A program made the translations under genes and the position numbers. From contig MU062417.1 of the NCBI GenBank assembly GCA_013265495.1, positions 11,686,271 through 11,750,270 on the forward strand: DNA of 64,000 nt, given 5' to 3'. The stretch is from Vicugna vicugna. Taxonomy: Eukaryota. How positions within the stretch are numbered: position 1 is the first letter of the stretch; each line of letters starts with the position of its first letter. Below, in pieces: positions 23,698 to 35,892 of this stretch. The notes under the pieces were generated by a model, which was not told the DNA's origin, made no database searches, and was given only the letters and a program-made list of their open reading frames with translations.

Positions 23698-24234
23698 TCT
23701 CCTGACTCGCCACCGCTCTGTATCCGGAAGCCTCCTGGGTAACTCACAGCCCAGGCGAGGCACGTGCGCCTCTCCCCTCATCCCAGATGAACCAACAGCC
23801 ACTGCGGCTGTGAGGTTTTCCAAGCCGGAGAAGGAAGCCTGACAAATGATGAGCCTTGATTTAGAGCCCATTGTCCTTGATCAAACTAAAAAGTACCCTG
23901 CTGTCAGACAACCTGGTTAGAAACCCAAACAACAGGACTTGTGGCCGTTCCTGTCAGCTAGAGACAGGTGTCCTGCCGGCAAAGCTAAACGCTTAGAGGC
24001 AGTTACATTTTCACTTGTCTGAAAAATAAGCTTCCGAGGGCTCTGAAGCTAAAAACTTTTTGAACCACAGAGAAAACAGCACAGGACTCTAGTTTAGATG
24101 CTTCCTTCTTTTGTCACTGAGAATTTTGAAGGGTTGAAATTGAGGGAGAATGAGGATGGCTGGGACCCTGCTGGAGGGGGAAGCTGGGTGGAGGAAGCTG
24201 CCCAGGGGCAGACCTGCTGTCAGTGGTCACTGGG

Positions 24235-24332
24235 GACCCGGGCTCAATTCGAAGAGACCACTTTTTAACTGGGAGACCTTGGAGGGGTCCCTTCACCACT
24301 CTGAGACTTAACCATCTCATTGATAAAATGGG
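24235..24332 (+). mobile_element. MIR fragment
   Basis: gggagaccttgg..ctctgagacttaaccatctcattgataaaatggg. Confidence 0.45.
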
Positions 24333-24449
24333 TGACTTTAAGCCAAGCCATCACTCGGAGATTTTCAGCCCTCCCAAGATAAGCCAGGGAAATTCAGGAT
24401 TTAACTTGAATTTCATCTTCACTCCCAACTTGGATGCACTTCGTCCCCT

Positions 24450-24800
24450 CTTGACCCCCAGTCTTTGATCCCGTCCCATCATTTTAGGACAGACTTTTTC
24501 TCCTACCTTCCCTACCTTTCCGATGACCAGCCGAAACTCCTCATCAGCATTCTCAGCCCTCTCGCCTCCTTGTCTGTCTGTCCCACCAACTTTGTCAGCT
24601 GCTACTATTTGACCAGCTGATTCTGAGAAGCTGAGTCTTGATGGGAAAAGAGATTTCACTCTACGAATTGGATCCATTTCAAATTTGCGACTTTCTTCAC
24701 AAGAAGATTCTCAATGCTCTTCAGAAATTCTCTTAATCATTTCTAGTTGGCTTCCTCTTACATTCCGTATAATAAGCCCAACCATTGATTACTTTCCTCA
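24450..24800 (+). mobile_element. L2 ORF2 relic
   Basis: gagaagctgagtcttgatgggaaaagag..aattggatccatttcaaattt..ttctcaatgctc resembles internal L2. Confidence 0.45.
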
Positions 24801-24879
24801 ATATCCTGCTTTCACTCATGATTATAAATTAGATGGCATTTTTTTTCCAAAAAAAAAGATATTTTATCGTACAAAAGTC

Positions 24880-25560
24880 AACAACTATGAATTAAACACT
24901 TAGTTTTCCCAGGCACTGTTTCAGGTAGCAAGAATAAAATAAAATATTTGTGTTCTGAGATGCTAGCAGGGAGAATGGAAACAGATAAACAAATAAATGA
25001 AACTGCAAAGGAGTTTCCTTGAAGCTTGGCTGACTTCTAAGCTGCTCGTATGTGGGCAAGACTCCATGAAGCTGGGCACAAAATAACTATGGGGAAGCTG
25101 TGAGCCAAATAAAGGTCCCAGAGCTGTGCAGGACTGACTTGGGAATATGTTAAATATTTCTAAGTGCTATGGAAAAAAATAAAGCAGAATAAGGGTGACA
25201 GAAAGTGGTGGGGGTGGGGTATACATTACATATAGGATCATGAAGAAAAGCTATATTTATAAGTGAATTTGGGGCAGATACCTGAAAGAAATGAGGCTAT
25301 AAATCAAGTGGATAACAAGAGAAAATAACATTTAATTAGAGATAACTGTAACTAAACCTCCTGATAAATGAGGTTCGTGTATTTGAGGAAGATCACAAAG
25401 ACCAACACATCTGGAGTTGAGGGAATGAGGGTTAGAATGAGGTTTGAAGTCAGAGTAATAACAGGGAGAGGACATTATAAGGGCCCTGAAGAGAACTTAT
25501 ACTTTTATACTGAGTAAGCAGGAAAGCTCTAAAGGGTTTTGAAATAAAAGGAGTAATAGG
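24880..25560 (-). mobile_element. L2 3' region
   Basis: taagtgctatggaaaaaaataaagcag..gcagatacctgaaagaaatgagg..tgagtaagcaggaaagc..agggttttga match reverse L2a. Confidence 0.75.
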
Positions 25561-25596
25561 AATAATAAGAAAATTTTATGTTAGTTTTTTTTTAAT

Positions 25597-28327
25597 GTGT
25601 TGGACTTCTGTTTCTTATTATTAGAAGGTGATTGGCACCAGACCAGCTCCCCCAACATAGGCCCTATAAAGATAAAAACAGATATATGAAACAGTTATTT
25701 TCAGATTTTAGACCACAGATAGCATGTGACTGTGATCCCAGAAAGAAAGACAATTAAGTGAGCCAAATAATTGTCCTAGATTCCGCCTGGAGGCCCTTTC
25801 TAAACAGCAGCTCAGGAATATGAAATCCATAGACATTTGGATTCCATACAAGTTCATACAAAATACATCATACAGCCTGTGGTGGGCTGGCAGGGTGGAG
25901 AACACATCAGTCAAAGTTTGGGGAAGCTGAAGTCAATGGAATTCTTAAGGTAGAGCATCATATAGGAGGGAGCTTTTAGAGAAAAAGCCGAGGAACCTGG
26001 ATAGGAGTCCCCTTGAGTCTTGAATGAACACTCAGTTGCTCATGTGTAGGGCAAGATTTCCTGATCCTGGAATCATGATCCTGGGTAGAGTTGGTACTGG
26101 GGAGCCATGAGCCAAATAAGATTCTAGAGCTCATGCAGGACTACGAAACACTGGAGTTCTGCCTGATCTCAATGGAGAGATTTTACTAAATAACCTAGGC
26201 ATCTATTAGATGCTTGGAAAAGATCACACTCCTTGGGCTACTGTAGCCCTGTAAGTGCTCTAGATTCTCCTTAATCAAGCTTAAAAAAAATTGTAATATA
26301 ATCAAAATGATCCATAACAAAACTCAACACTCAACAAAGGAAGACAACAGCCTCCTAACACTCAACAACGTGATATTTACAATGTCCAAAGTACAATGAA
26401 AAATACTTTATACACAGAGGAGAAGGAGAAAAAGTGCATCAATACGAACAAACCCAGGGATCACACACATGATAACAGACATGATACAGCATTAAGGAGA
26501 CAAGGATTTAGAACGGCTACTTTAAGTGTACTTAAGGATTTAAAGGAAAATATGAACACAATAGACAAGTGATGTGCTATCTCAGTAGATAAATGGAAAC
26601 TAAGCCAGAGCATAGGAACTATCCAAACTGAAGCATACATAGAAAATAAAATGTGTATATATATATATATATACACACACATACACATATATAAAACCAT
26701 ATATACAGAGCATCAGTGACCTGTGGGTCATCATGTGGAACAACTTATGCATAATTTAAGTTACAGAAGGAGAAGAAGAAGAGATTAGAATGGAAAGAAA
26801 AAATGTGAGCAGCAATCACAGTCAAAAAATTCCCAAATTGTATTTAAAAAATAGTAAGAATCCAATAGATCCAAGAAACCCAAGAAGCATAAACAGAAAG
26901 AAAAATACCACAAAAAGGCATAAATACTTCAAATGTTGAAAATAAATGACAAAGAGAACATCTTAAACACATCAGAGGAAAAGGATACAAGGAAAGCAAG
27001 AGATAGGCATTTCCACTTACTCTTCATGAGAAACAATGCAAATGAATGGGCTTGTTCATACATTCTAAGTCTTCATTGTGTTAAGATGGCAATACTCCTC
27101 CAACTGATCTAAAGGGTCAATGCAATTCCTACCAAAATTACAGCTGCCTCCTTTTAGAAATTGATGATCAAATTTTCAAATTCAAATGGTATTTGACCCA
27201 GAATCACCAGAACTATGGAAAAAAAGGACAAAGTTGGAGAGCTCTAATTTCCTGATTTAGATGGCTCTAAAGCAATGTAGCCAAGACAATGTGGAACTGG
27301 CATAAGAACAGACATAGAGAGGAGGGCAACAGAACTTAGAGTCCAGGAGAGAACCCTTACATTTATGGCCAATTGAATTTTGACAAGGGTGCCAAGATGA
27401 CTCAGCAGGAAAGAATAGTCTTTTCAAATAATGGTGCTGGGCTCCACATGCAAAACAAACAAACAAACAAAAAACAACAGAACAATATACAAAAATTAAC
27501 TCAAGTGTATCAAAGACCTAAGTATAAGAGTTCAATCTATAAAATTCTTAGTAGAAAATGTATATGTAGCTCTCTATGACCTCCTAATAAGCTGGGGCTT
27601 CTTAGATAGGATACCAAAACACAAATTAAAAAAAAAAAAGAAAAAAAATAGATAAATTGAATTACATCAAAATAAAAAGAAAAGGTTTGTGCTCCAAAGA
27701 ATACAATCAAGAATTTTAAAAGATAGGCTAGGGAATGGAAGAAGCTATTTTCAAGTCATATATTTGATAAGAGAAAAGAATCCAGAATATTTACAAGAAA
27801 GTATTATAATCGTTATAGTTTAATGATTAAAAGAAAAATAACATTTTAGTAATAGGCAAATTATAGGTCTTTCTCCAAAGAAGACATACAAATGACCAAT
27901 GAACATCTGGAAAGACATTCAACATCATTAGTCATGAGGGAAATGCAAATCAAAACCACAGCAAGGTACCACTTCCACTTCATACCACCTTGGATGCTTA
28001 CAGTTCTAAAAGACAGGCAATAACAAGTACAGACAAAGATGCAAATAATGCAAAAGCTTCATAAATTGTTGGTTGAAATATAAAATGGTACAGCCTCCTT
28101 GGAAAACAGTCCGGACATTTCTCAAGATGCTAAATATTGAGTTACCATATGACTCAGCAGTTCCATTGCTAGGTACATGCCCAAGATAAATAAAACCATA
28201 CATTTGCACAAAAACTTGAGCATAGATGTTTATAACAGCTTTATTCATAACAGCCAAAAAGTAAGAATGATCCAAATGTCCATCAACTGATGAATGGATA
28301 TCAGGTGGTATATCTATACAATGGGGA
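25597..28327 (+). mobile_element. Old L1 (L1M), internally deleted: 5'UTR, ORF1 relic, ORF2 3' end
   Basis: 5'UTR-like ggacttctgtttc..atatatgaaacagttattttc; ORF1-like cagagcatcagtgacctgtggg; ORF2 end aagatggcaatactcctcc..aatcaaaaccaca..ccatatgactcagcagttcc. No intact ORF. Confidence 0.8.
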
Positions 28328-28512
28328 TATCAGCATGATGCCTCTAAGTCCATCCATGTCATTGCAAATGGCAAATTTTCATTCTTTTTTATGACTGAGT
28401 AATATTCCATTGTATATAGACCACATCTTCTTTATTCAGTCATCTACTGATGGACACTTAGGTTGTTTCCTTATCTTGGCAATTGTAAATAATGGTGCTA
28501 TGATCACTGGGG
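28328..28512 (-). mobile_element. L1MA-type 3' fragment, inverted relative to neighbours
   Basis: gtccatccatgtcattgcaaatggc..gagtaatattccattgtat..gatggacacttaggttgtttcc. Confidence 0.85.
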
Positions 28513-28908
28513 TATGGTCAATTGCTTTTTGAGAAAAGTACAAAGATAATTCAACAAGGAAAGAAAAATCTTTGCAACAAATGATTCTGAAATAAGTGAA
28601 TATTAATTTGGAAAAAAATCCTGACCCTCCACTCAAATTATACACAAATTTATCTCCATATGGATCATTGACCTGAATGTAAGAGATAAAATTACAAAAC
28701 TCCTGGAAGAAAATGTAAGAGACAATCTTTCTGATCTTGAGGTAGGCAAAGATTTCTTAGATGCAAGGCAGAAAAGCACAAGCCATAGAAGAAAAAAAAT
28801 GATAAATTTGACGTTATCAGAATTAAAAACTGCTCTTTGAAAGATACTAGTAAGAAACTTCAAAGACAAACCACAGGCGGGGAGATAAAGTTTACATATA
28901 ATTGGCAA
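28513..28908 (+). mobile_element. L1 ORF2 3' fragment
   Basis: atggatcattgacctgaatgtaagag..aaactcctggaagaaaat..gtaggcaaagatttcttagat. Confidence 0.8.
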
Positions 28909-28909
28909 G

Positions 28910-29108
28910 TGTAGTAGGCTGAAAAACGTCCCCTAAAGACAGTAGGTTCTAATCCCTGAAACCTATTAATTTTATCTTATAAGGAAAAAGGATCTTTGCA
29001 AATGTGAATAAATTAAAGATCTCGAAGTAGAAAGATTACCTTGATAATTACCCAGATGGGCCCTAAATGCTATCTCAAGTGTTCTTATAAAAAAGAAGCA
29101 GAGGGAGA

Positions 29109-29111
<3 letters not shown>
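28910..29111 (+). mobile_element. MLT1C/D 5' fragment
   Basis: tgtagtaggctgaa..aaaggatctttgcaaatgtg..gatgggccctaaatg. Confidence 0.75.

Positions 29112-29140
<29 letters not shown>
29112..29140. repeat. (CA)n microsatellite
   Basis: About 14 CA units. Confidence 0.95.
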
Positions 29141-29570
29141 CGAATACAAGAATGTTTGTGACAACTTACATTCATAACAGCCACAAACTGGAGACCAGCC
29201 AACTGTCTACCCACAGGTGCACAGGTGAGTGGATAAATCAACTGCAGAATACCCACACACTGGAACAGCCATAAAAAAAAAACAAACTACTGATATATAC
29301 AACAATTTGGACACTCTCAAAAATAGTTTCTGCATGAAAGTCATCAGATGCAAAAGGGACACAGCATATGATTGCACTATAAACCTCCAGACCAGGAAAG
29401 ACTGATCTCTGGTGAAATGAATCAATACAGGGACTGCTTGTGGTGGTGGTGGTCTTAGAAAGTCTTGACTTGCAAGAAGCATGAAGGAACTTTCTGGGGT
29501 GTTGGAAATATTTTATATCTGATGAGGTGTGGGGGTACCTGAGTGAATACACTTGTCAACATTCAACAAA
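29141..29570 (+). mobile_element. Old L1 (L1MD/ME-like) 3' end
   Basis: aagaatgtttgtgacaac..agccacaaactgg..gcatgaaggaactttctggggtgttggaaatattttatatc. Confidence 0.75.
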
Positions 29571-29795
29571 CTTTTTAGTTTAGGCAAATTGATTGCAGGG
29601 ATGTGCATTCTTATGATAAGAAAACAGAATGGAAGAAATATTTAGACGTGAGGAGACAGATGAAATAAAGACCTAGACTAGACAGTAGACCTTGGTCAAC
29701 AGTCAATGTCTTCCATTGACAAAGCTGATGATGTAAAACTGAATGAGATCAATCTTATTCAAATTAGCATTCTTCAGGAGAAAACTGGCTTTCTT

Positions 29796-29882
29796 AAAAG
29801 AGAAAAAAAAAAACCCAAACCAAAAAAAAAAAAAAAAAAAAAAAAACACAAAAAACCAAAAAAAAAAAAAAAAACCAAAAAA
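29796..29882. repeat. A-rich low-complexity tract
   Basis: About 87 nt of A runs punctuated by C. Confidence 0.9.
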
Positions 29883-30194
29883 CCCCTCAACAACCTATAA
29901 ACAAAGCAACAACAGAACAATGACAAAATCCATCTACGTGAAAAGGAAAACTAGAGTAAAATTACAGGAAATTAAATGATTAAAATTTTAGTAAAAGTGG
30001 TGATAAACACACATTTCCTTTCCAAACATCGCTTCCGTAGAGAAAGAGCTGGCAGTCCGGGCAATCTAGACAAGGTGGATCTTGGGTCATTTCTTCTGTA
30101 GTCATGTCTGGTTGGAAACTCGTCCATGAGTCACCTCTCAGAGGACGATCATTTCTACCTCCTCTTCTTTCATTTTGCTTATTCTAGGCAGAGA

Positions 30195-30450
30195 ACCTCA
30201 CATTCTGCTTCACTGAGAAAATAAAGCCAAGCAAATGAGCTTTCTCAGCTTATATGGCTCCTTGCCCCCTCTTGCCCCCTCGCAGACCTCACTCTCATTA
30301 TTCTCGAGCTAGCTTTGATTCCTCAAGTGTTCCCATCCCTCCCACCTGCTCGCCCTCCTAACTGCGCTAAAATATTTTCAAAATCTCTCCTCTCTTCACG
30401 GAAAGAACCTCCTTCTCGCTTGCATCCCATTTCCCCAACTACACCTTCTT
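30195..30450 (+). mobile_element. L2 relic
   Basis: ctgcttcactgagaaaataaagcc..atctctcctctctt resembles internal L2. Confidence 0.4.
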
Positions 30451-30699
30451 CATTTAAAGATTTAAATGTTTAACTAGATGTGTGTCTCTCCACACCATCC
30501 AAGATCTAGTTAGCCAGGTGCAACCTGTTTCATGACATCCATGCTCCCCTGAAATAGTGAACAGCGCTCAAGGTCATCAGGAACCTCTCTGGTTGGCAAG
30601 TCCCACGGACATGGGAAATGGACACGGGACTGGACATGGTAACCTCGGTGGGGGTCCCAGCTTCTCCTAAGCGTCCAACCTTCTGCAATTATCTTAATT

Positions 30700-30810
30700 T
30701 TAAGGCTCATTTCCGCCTATGTAAGTGCTTCATCCAAAGACTGTCATGATGATTAAGTGAGTAAATGCATTGAATGAATTTAGCTCAGGTCCTGACTAAT
30801 TAATACGCTG
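30700..30810 (+). mobile_element. MIR 3' fragment
   Basis: tgatgattaagtgagtaaatgcat..tagctcaggtcctgac. Confidence 0.4.
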
Positions 30811-31526
30811 CCGTCTACTGAGGGCTTACCACCCTTGACCTCCCTACAGCTTTTTATCCTGTGATGCCTTCCTCCTTCCTTATCTTCTGTCTCCCTTAAC
30901 CTCTACTGCTGTTGGCTCTTCCCACCATGTTAATCACAGGCTTCCCCAATGGGTTCTGAAAATTTGAGAAACATAGTAAGTATCAGATCAGAATCAATCT
31001 GTTCGCTTTATCACAGGAAAACTCTTGGATGCTTTGCTGAGGGCTAAAATGAGCCTTCTGGTCCTTTCCCCAGAGTTTGGGCCCACATGAGATCATAGCT
31101 CCCTCTGAGCCAGCCACTGAGAGTTTACAAGTGCCCCCTGTCCTCCCGCGCCCTCTTCATCACAGGCAGGAGGGAGAGAAGAGGACACTGGACTTATAGT
31201 CCCAGCAATCCTGAAAGGCTGGACCAGGCATCCTCGCTTCTGCCAATCTCCCCAAACAGAGCAACGAATGAGGATGTAGAGGTTCCTGTCTTACGAGATA
31301 AGGTTGGGAGGCCAAGAGAGAAAGAACGTGGTGTATCCCACCTTATCTGTCTGATCTTGCTCCGCCCTGGCTGGCCAGTCCTTCCTCTTTCCTTCCTTAA
31401 ACATCACTCTTCTTTGGGAATTTACTTAAGCCCTCTCCCTTCCGTGTGCATGCTCTCTTAACGTTTAATCTCATACACCCCCAGGGCTTCATTTATCATC
31501 AGTGTGTTGATGACTTCAAAAAGACA

Positions 31527-32190
31527 TTCCTATTGCTATGTAACGAATCACCATAAATGTATTTCTTTATTAAAGCGACACAGATGTATCACACAGTTTT
31601 CTCTGGGTCAGGAGTCGGAGCGTGGCTGAGCTGGGTCCTTGGCTGATTCCCACCCGCCTGCAGCCAGTGATCTCCTCTGAGGCTCGGGTCCTAGTCCAGG
31701 CTCACATGGTGCTGGATAAATTTAGGCCCCTATAGCTGTATGACTAAGATGCTGGTTTTCTTGCTAGCGGTCACTGTCTTGTCCTGGAAGCCATCCTCAG
31801 GTCCTTACTTTGTGGCCTTCTCCATAGGTCCCATTACAAAATAGCAGGCTGGGAAGGAAATATTGTATTTCCTTCAAAGAGTACTTTGATTAGGTCAGTT
31901 TACCATCATCCCATGTGAAATGGACGGTGGTAAATTTCATAGCTTCTTCAAGGCCAGCAGGAGACTCTCCTTGTTCAGCCAGGACCCAGTCCTTCTTTTA
32001 AGGGTTCACCAGGGATAACCTCCCTTGTGATTAACTTGGAGTTAACTAAGTCATAATCTCATCATGGAGGTGAAATATCATTATGTGCACAAGTCCTGCT
32101 CACACTTACGGAGAAGGGATTGGTGATGCAGGATGCAGACCCCAGGCAGTGGAAGTCCTAGAGATGAGCTCAGTGTTCTTCCCACTACAC
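31527..32190 (-). mobile_element. MLT1 (E-like) LTR carrying a foreign insert of about 95 bp
   Basis: cctattgctatgtaacgaatcacc..ttcttcaaggccagcaggag..gggataacctcccttgtgattaact..cccactaca. Confidence 0.75.
31847..31941 (-). repeat. Copy 1 of a 95-bp inverted duplication
   Basis: Its reverse complement aligns to 32588-32680 with 7 substitutions and 4 single-base indels (about 88%, hand alignment). Confidence 0.92.
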
Positions 32191-32431
32191 AGCCCACTGC
32201 GTTCATCCCCCTGAGCTCCTTTATACTTACACACACATCTCTGTACAAAATGCCTCTCGAGCATCTCCAGTGAGAGGTCCCTCTGGCTTCTCAAAGCAAA
32301 CATTAACCAAACCTGGATTGCCTTTCTTCTTCCCTCTACTGGGCAGGTGGCCGCAGAAGTCCATAATCTCTCACCATCCCTGTCAGGTACACTGAGCTCT
32401 TCTGAGAAAGGGGAACCTTGCACTCAAGGTT

Positions 32432-32474
32432 CATTTTGGTCTCATGAGTGATGGACACTCATGAGACCAAAATG
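32432..32474. repeat. Perfect 19-bp inverted repeat with a 5-nt spacer
   Basis: CATTTTGGTCTCATGAGTG atgga CACTCATGAGACCAAAATG. Confidence 0.97.
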
Positions 32475-32587
32475 GAAGGACACAGCCTTGCTCTCCTAAC
32501 CAAAGCCAACTGGACCAGGAACGTGCACGTATCTCGAAGGCAACCTCATACAGGTTAGATGAATGAGAACCAGCTACCGTTAACTGG

Positions 32588-32680
32588 TATGAAATTTACC
32601 ATCATCCATTTCACATGGATGATAGTAAACTGACCTAATCAAACCTACCCTTTGAGGAATACGATATTTCCTTCCCAACC
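32588..32680 (+). repeat. Copy 2 of the 95-bp inverted duplication, with an internal 15-bp hairpin
   Basis: TTTACCATCATCCAT ttcac ATGGATGATAGTAAA (14/15 paired) at 32595-32629. Confidence 0.92.
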
Positions 32681-34328
32681 ATGGAAATTATCTTTTTAGA
32701 AACTATCATATTCAGAAAAATCCGTCTTTAAGATTAAGTTGTCATAATCAGTGCAGAGTAAGAGGCAAAGCAGTTTGAAATGGCCTTAAATATTCATACC
32801 AAAGCCATCGTAAATAAACATTTCAAAGACTCCCACCTCCGTTTAAAAAAAAAAAAACAGATGAAATAACATTAAACTTTTTCTCCTGCACTTTTGTTTT
32901 TCTGAATCACTTTGTTCAGTCCTTTAAAAAACACTGCTACACACACATGACCAGCTGAGACAGATCTTCCCACAAATTTTATACTGTGTCAAAAAAAAAA
33001 ATCACCCTTTTAAAGCTTTCAAACTAGCCTTTTCCGGTTGAAATACAATGCTTTTTGACCTCTATTCTCTTGTTTTGTTTTTGCAAGTCATGGAAAAAAA
33101 CAATAGCCTGTCCTTTACAGAAAATATATTGATTGGGTCTGATCTTCTAATTCCAGCCCCGGTCCCCAGTGGCTGTATCAGCAAGCAGAGAGGAAATGGA
33201 TCTTGTCTCTCTGCACTTCCCCGGACTTCACTTAGAGACAACACAATTTCTACGCTGCTCACCCACTGACACTTACATTTTAGGTAAGGCTGTAAGCTTT
33301 CTGGAGCTGCCAAAAAAAAAAAAAAAAAACACGGGATGGTCCCAGTGTTTGCCTCTGAAGAATAGGGCAGAGCAGAGGCCGGAGCAAGCGAAGGATGCTT
33401 GCAAGTCAGATGCTGTCAGTGGGCATTTGCACCCATTTTATTGAGGTTGTTTCATTCTGGTGCCACCTTCCAAAGCATCTCTGGGTTTCTTCCGTTTCTT
33501 CTGCAGGGTCCGAGCAGGATGCCAACTCTGTAATGAACCAGTCCTCAGGTTCCACGAAAATATATGTAGTTTATGTTGGAGGCATGCCTCACTTTGCCTC
33601 ACAGATCGGGTTTCAAAACAGTTCTGTTTTGTAGCTGAATTTCCCTACTTGAGATCGACTTTAAATGCAGGAAGGGCGGAATATTCTAGCAGCAGTGAAG
33701 AGTACCTGTGCCCTGAGAAAATAATTCTGAAACACAAATTATGAGGCCATTATCCTGTCAATACCTGGCTGTACAAGTCACAACCACTAAACACTGTTAT
33801 TTAATTAAATGCCAGATGAAAAGTGTGTTGATAATATGACTCCACCCAGTTCCATAAATTCGTTGACAAAGCTTTCAGTGTTCCCTAGTGAGTGAGTCTG
33901 GTTTGAGGAATGTTAAGAGCCTCGACTAAATGTTTTTTGCCATCTAGTCTGGAATTGGGACCTCGCCTTTATTTTGCCCCCTAAGGAACAGAAATACTGG
34001 CAAAGCTGTATCTCCTAGCACCGAAGCCCTGCTTTATGTAACCCTATCTAGAAAATCTAGAAAATGAACCCTTTTCCTCCACTAAAAGCCTTGACGGAAA
34101 CAAACCTTTTGGCTGGAAGGAAACCAGAGGCTGCAGCAACACTTGATCAAGAGGGTCAGTGCCCAGGGAGGAGGTTCCCAGTCGCAGACAGCTGGACAGA
34201 GACACTGACATTTATAGCACTGAGGTCAATGTGCAATTACAAAACAAAACTGCCGGTTGTAGACAGTTTGGGTTAAAAGTGCATTCTTAAAATCCCGCAG
34301 CAGATTTCTCTGGGAGGAGCAAGAACAC

Positions 34329-34772
34329 TACAAGGCAGCGTTCTTCCGTTAGGTGAGCTGGGCTGTGTGGCCATCGAGTCCTGCTCAGTGGGAAAGAACA
34401 GATCTCAAACTGCATGTGATTTCCTAAGACTGCGCATTAGCTTAACATTAAATTTATGACGACAAAATTCTTCCTATAGTAGGTTCAAAAATCACGCGTC
34501 CTATATAGCATTGCAGTCCACGGTAACTCGGTCAACAGGTATATATCCAGGAAGGGTTACGTGCCTAACACAACCAGCCACACTCCCTCCCCTTTTTAGC
34601 ATAAAAGGAGCCTGGATTCTGACTTGGGGAAGATGGTTCTCCAGGACATGAGTTCCCCATCTCTCAGTCTGCCAGCTTTCCAAATAAAGTCGTTATTCCT
34701 TGCCCCAACACCTTGTCTTCCGACTTACTGGCCTGTTGCGTGGCAAGCAGAATGAGTTTGGACTCAGTAACA
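34329..34772 (+). mobile_element. ERV1-type solo LTR
   Basis: U5 end ccaaataaagtcgttattccttgccccaacacc..gagtttggactcagtaaca. Candidate TSD ACAC at 34325-34328 and 34773-34776. The left boundary is less certain. Confidence 0.72.
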
Positions 34773-35029
34773 ACACGGAGTCAGATTTGGTTTTCCCTGT
34801 TACACAGTGCCTCACAATTTCAAAGCCCATGGCTTCTCTAGCCTTTGACAACACTTCCTCCCTACTTCCTCTTTCCAGGTACCCTGATCTGGTGCCTTTT
34901 CCAAAGACCCGCCTAGAAACTAGACCCTTTTTTTGACCCCAGGATGCTTTCTGATCAACCTCCTCTGTTCCCAGTCTTCCGAAATAGCTCCAGAAGTCCA
35001 GACTCTAAGAAGAAAGTGGTGTGTGGCGA

Positions 35030-35220
35030 GTTAATGTAATAGAATCCTCGCTGGAGCTGGAATCAGACAGAGTGGAGTTATTTCTTGATTACTTTCTGCT
35101 TTGACCGGGGGCAAGTTAGTCACCTCTCTTAGGATCAGGTTTTGCCTTTAGGAAAAATTGGATAAATGGGTTTTACCTATGCAACAGAGTTGTTATAAGA
35201 TTCAAACACAAATAAAAATG
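35030..35220 (+). mobile_element. MIR
   Basis: ctggaatcagacag..tttgaccgggggcaagttag..agttgttataagattcaa. Confidence 0.6.
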
Positions 35221-35892
35221 TTTTCCAGTTTTGAAAAAACAATTCCAGTCAGCATACTAATTTAGAGATTATAATGATGATTATTGGAATCCTGGGGAGA
35301 CAATGCCAGAGCACTGGGTGGGAGCCAACTGCGGGCCTAGAGGAGCTGGTTAACCTTCTGGTACTTCAGGGCCTCCGGGAGCTACATAATGATATTAACA
35401 CCAGACTCACAGGATTTTAGGAAATTCACTACCCCAAACAAGGCTGTCTCATGGGCACTTGATATATGTATTTTTTCTCATTGTTGAGATCTTAGCCAGT
35501 GGCGTGATTGGAAATGAGGGGGGCCCTACATAAATTAGTTCAGAAACTACCTCATTATAGTGGGATAAAAGAATCTGGATATTTGTTGCAATGCAGTTTA
35601 TTTTCTCCTATGGAGCTGGGGAAGGAGGCATCTGGCAGAGATTTCCTTTTGTCTAAATCTGGCTCTCTCTCCATTTCATTTGGCACTCCCTCATCCTGAC
35701 CCAAGTCACGGGTAATTAGCTTCCATCCACTGAATCACTGAAGTCCTCTGCAGGATTTTCTCAGGAATTCATGTTAAAAAAATGAATCTCCGTCTCGTTT
35801 TTCCCTGCAAGGTGCCCACCAAGAGGACTGAACCGAAGGGAGGGTGGCACACGCCCAATGTTTATAGCATCAATGATGGTCTGGTTGATGAA

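Noticed and set aside
29706-29979. Lys-rich ORFs
   Set aside because: They are translations of the A-rich tract.
31847-32680. The 95-bp inverted copies as terminal inverted repeats of one MITE of about 830 bp
   Set aside because: The MLT1 LTR continues on both sides of copy 1, so the interval is not a single inserted unit, and no flanking TSD was found.
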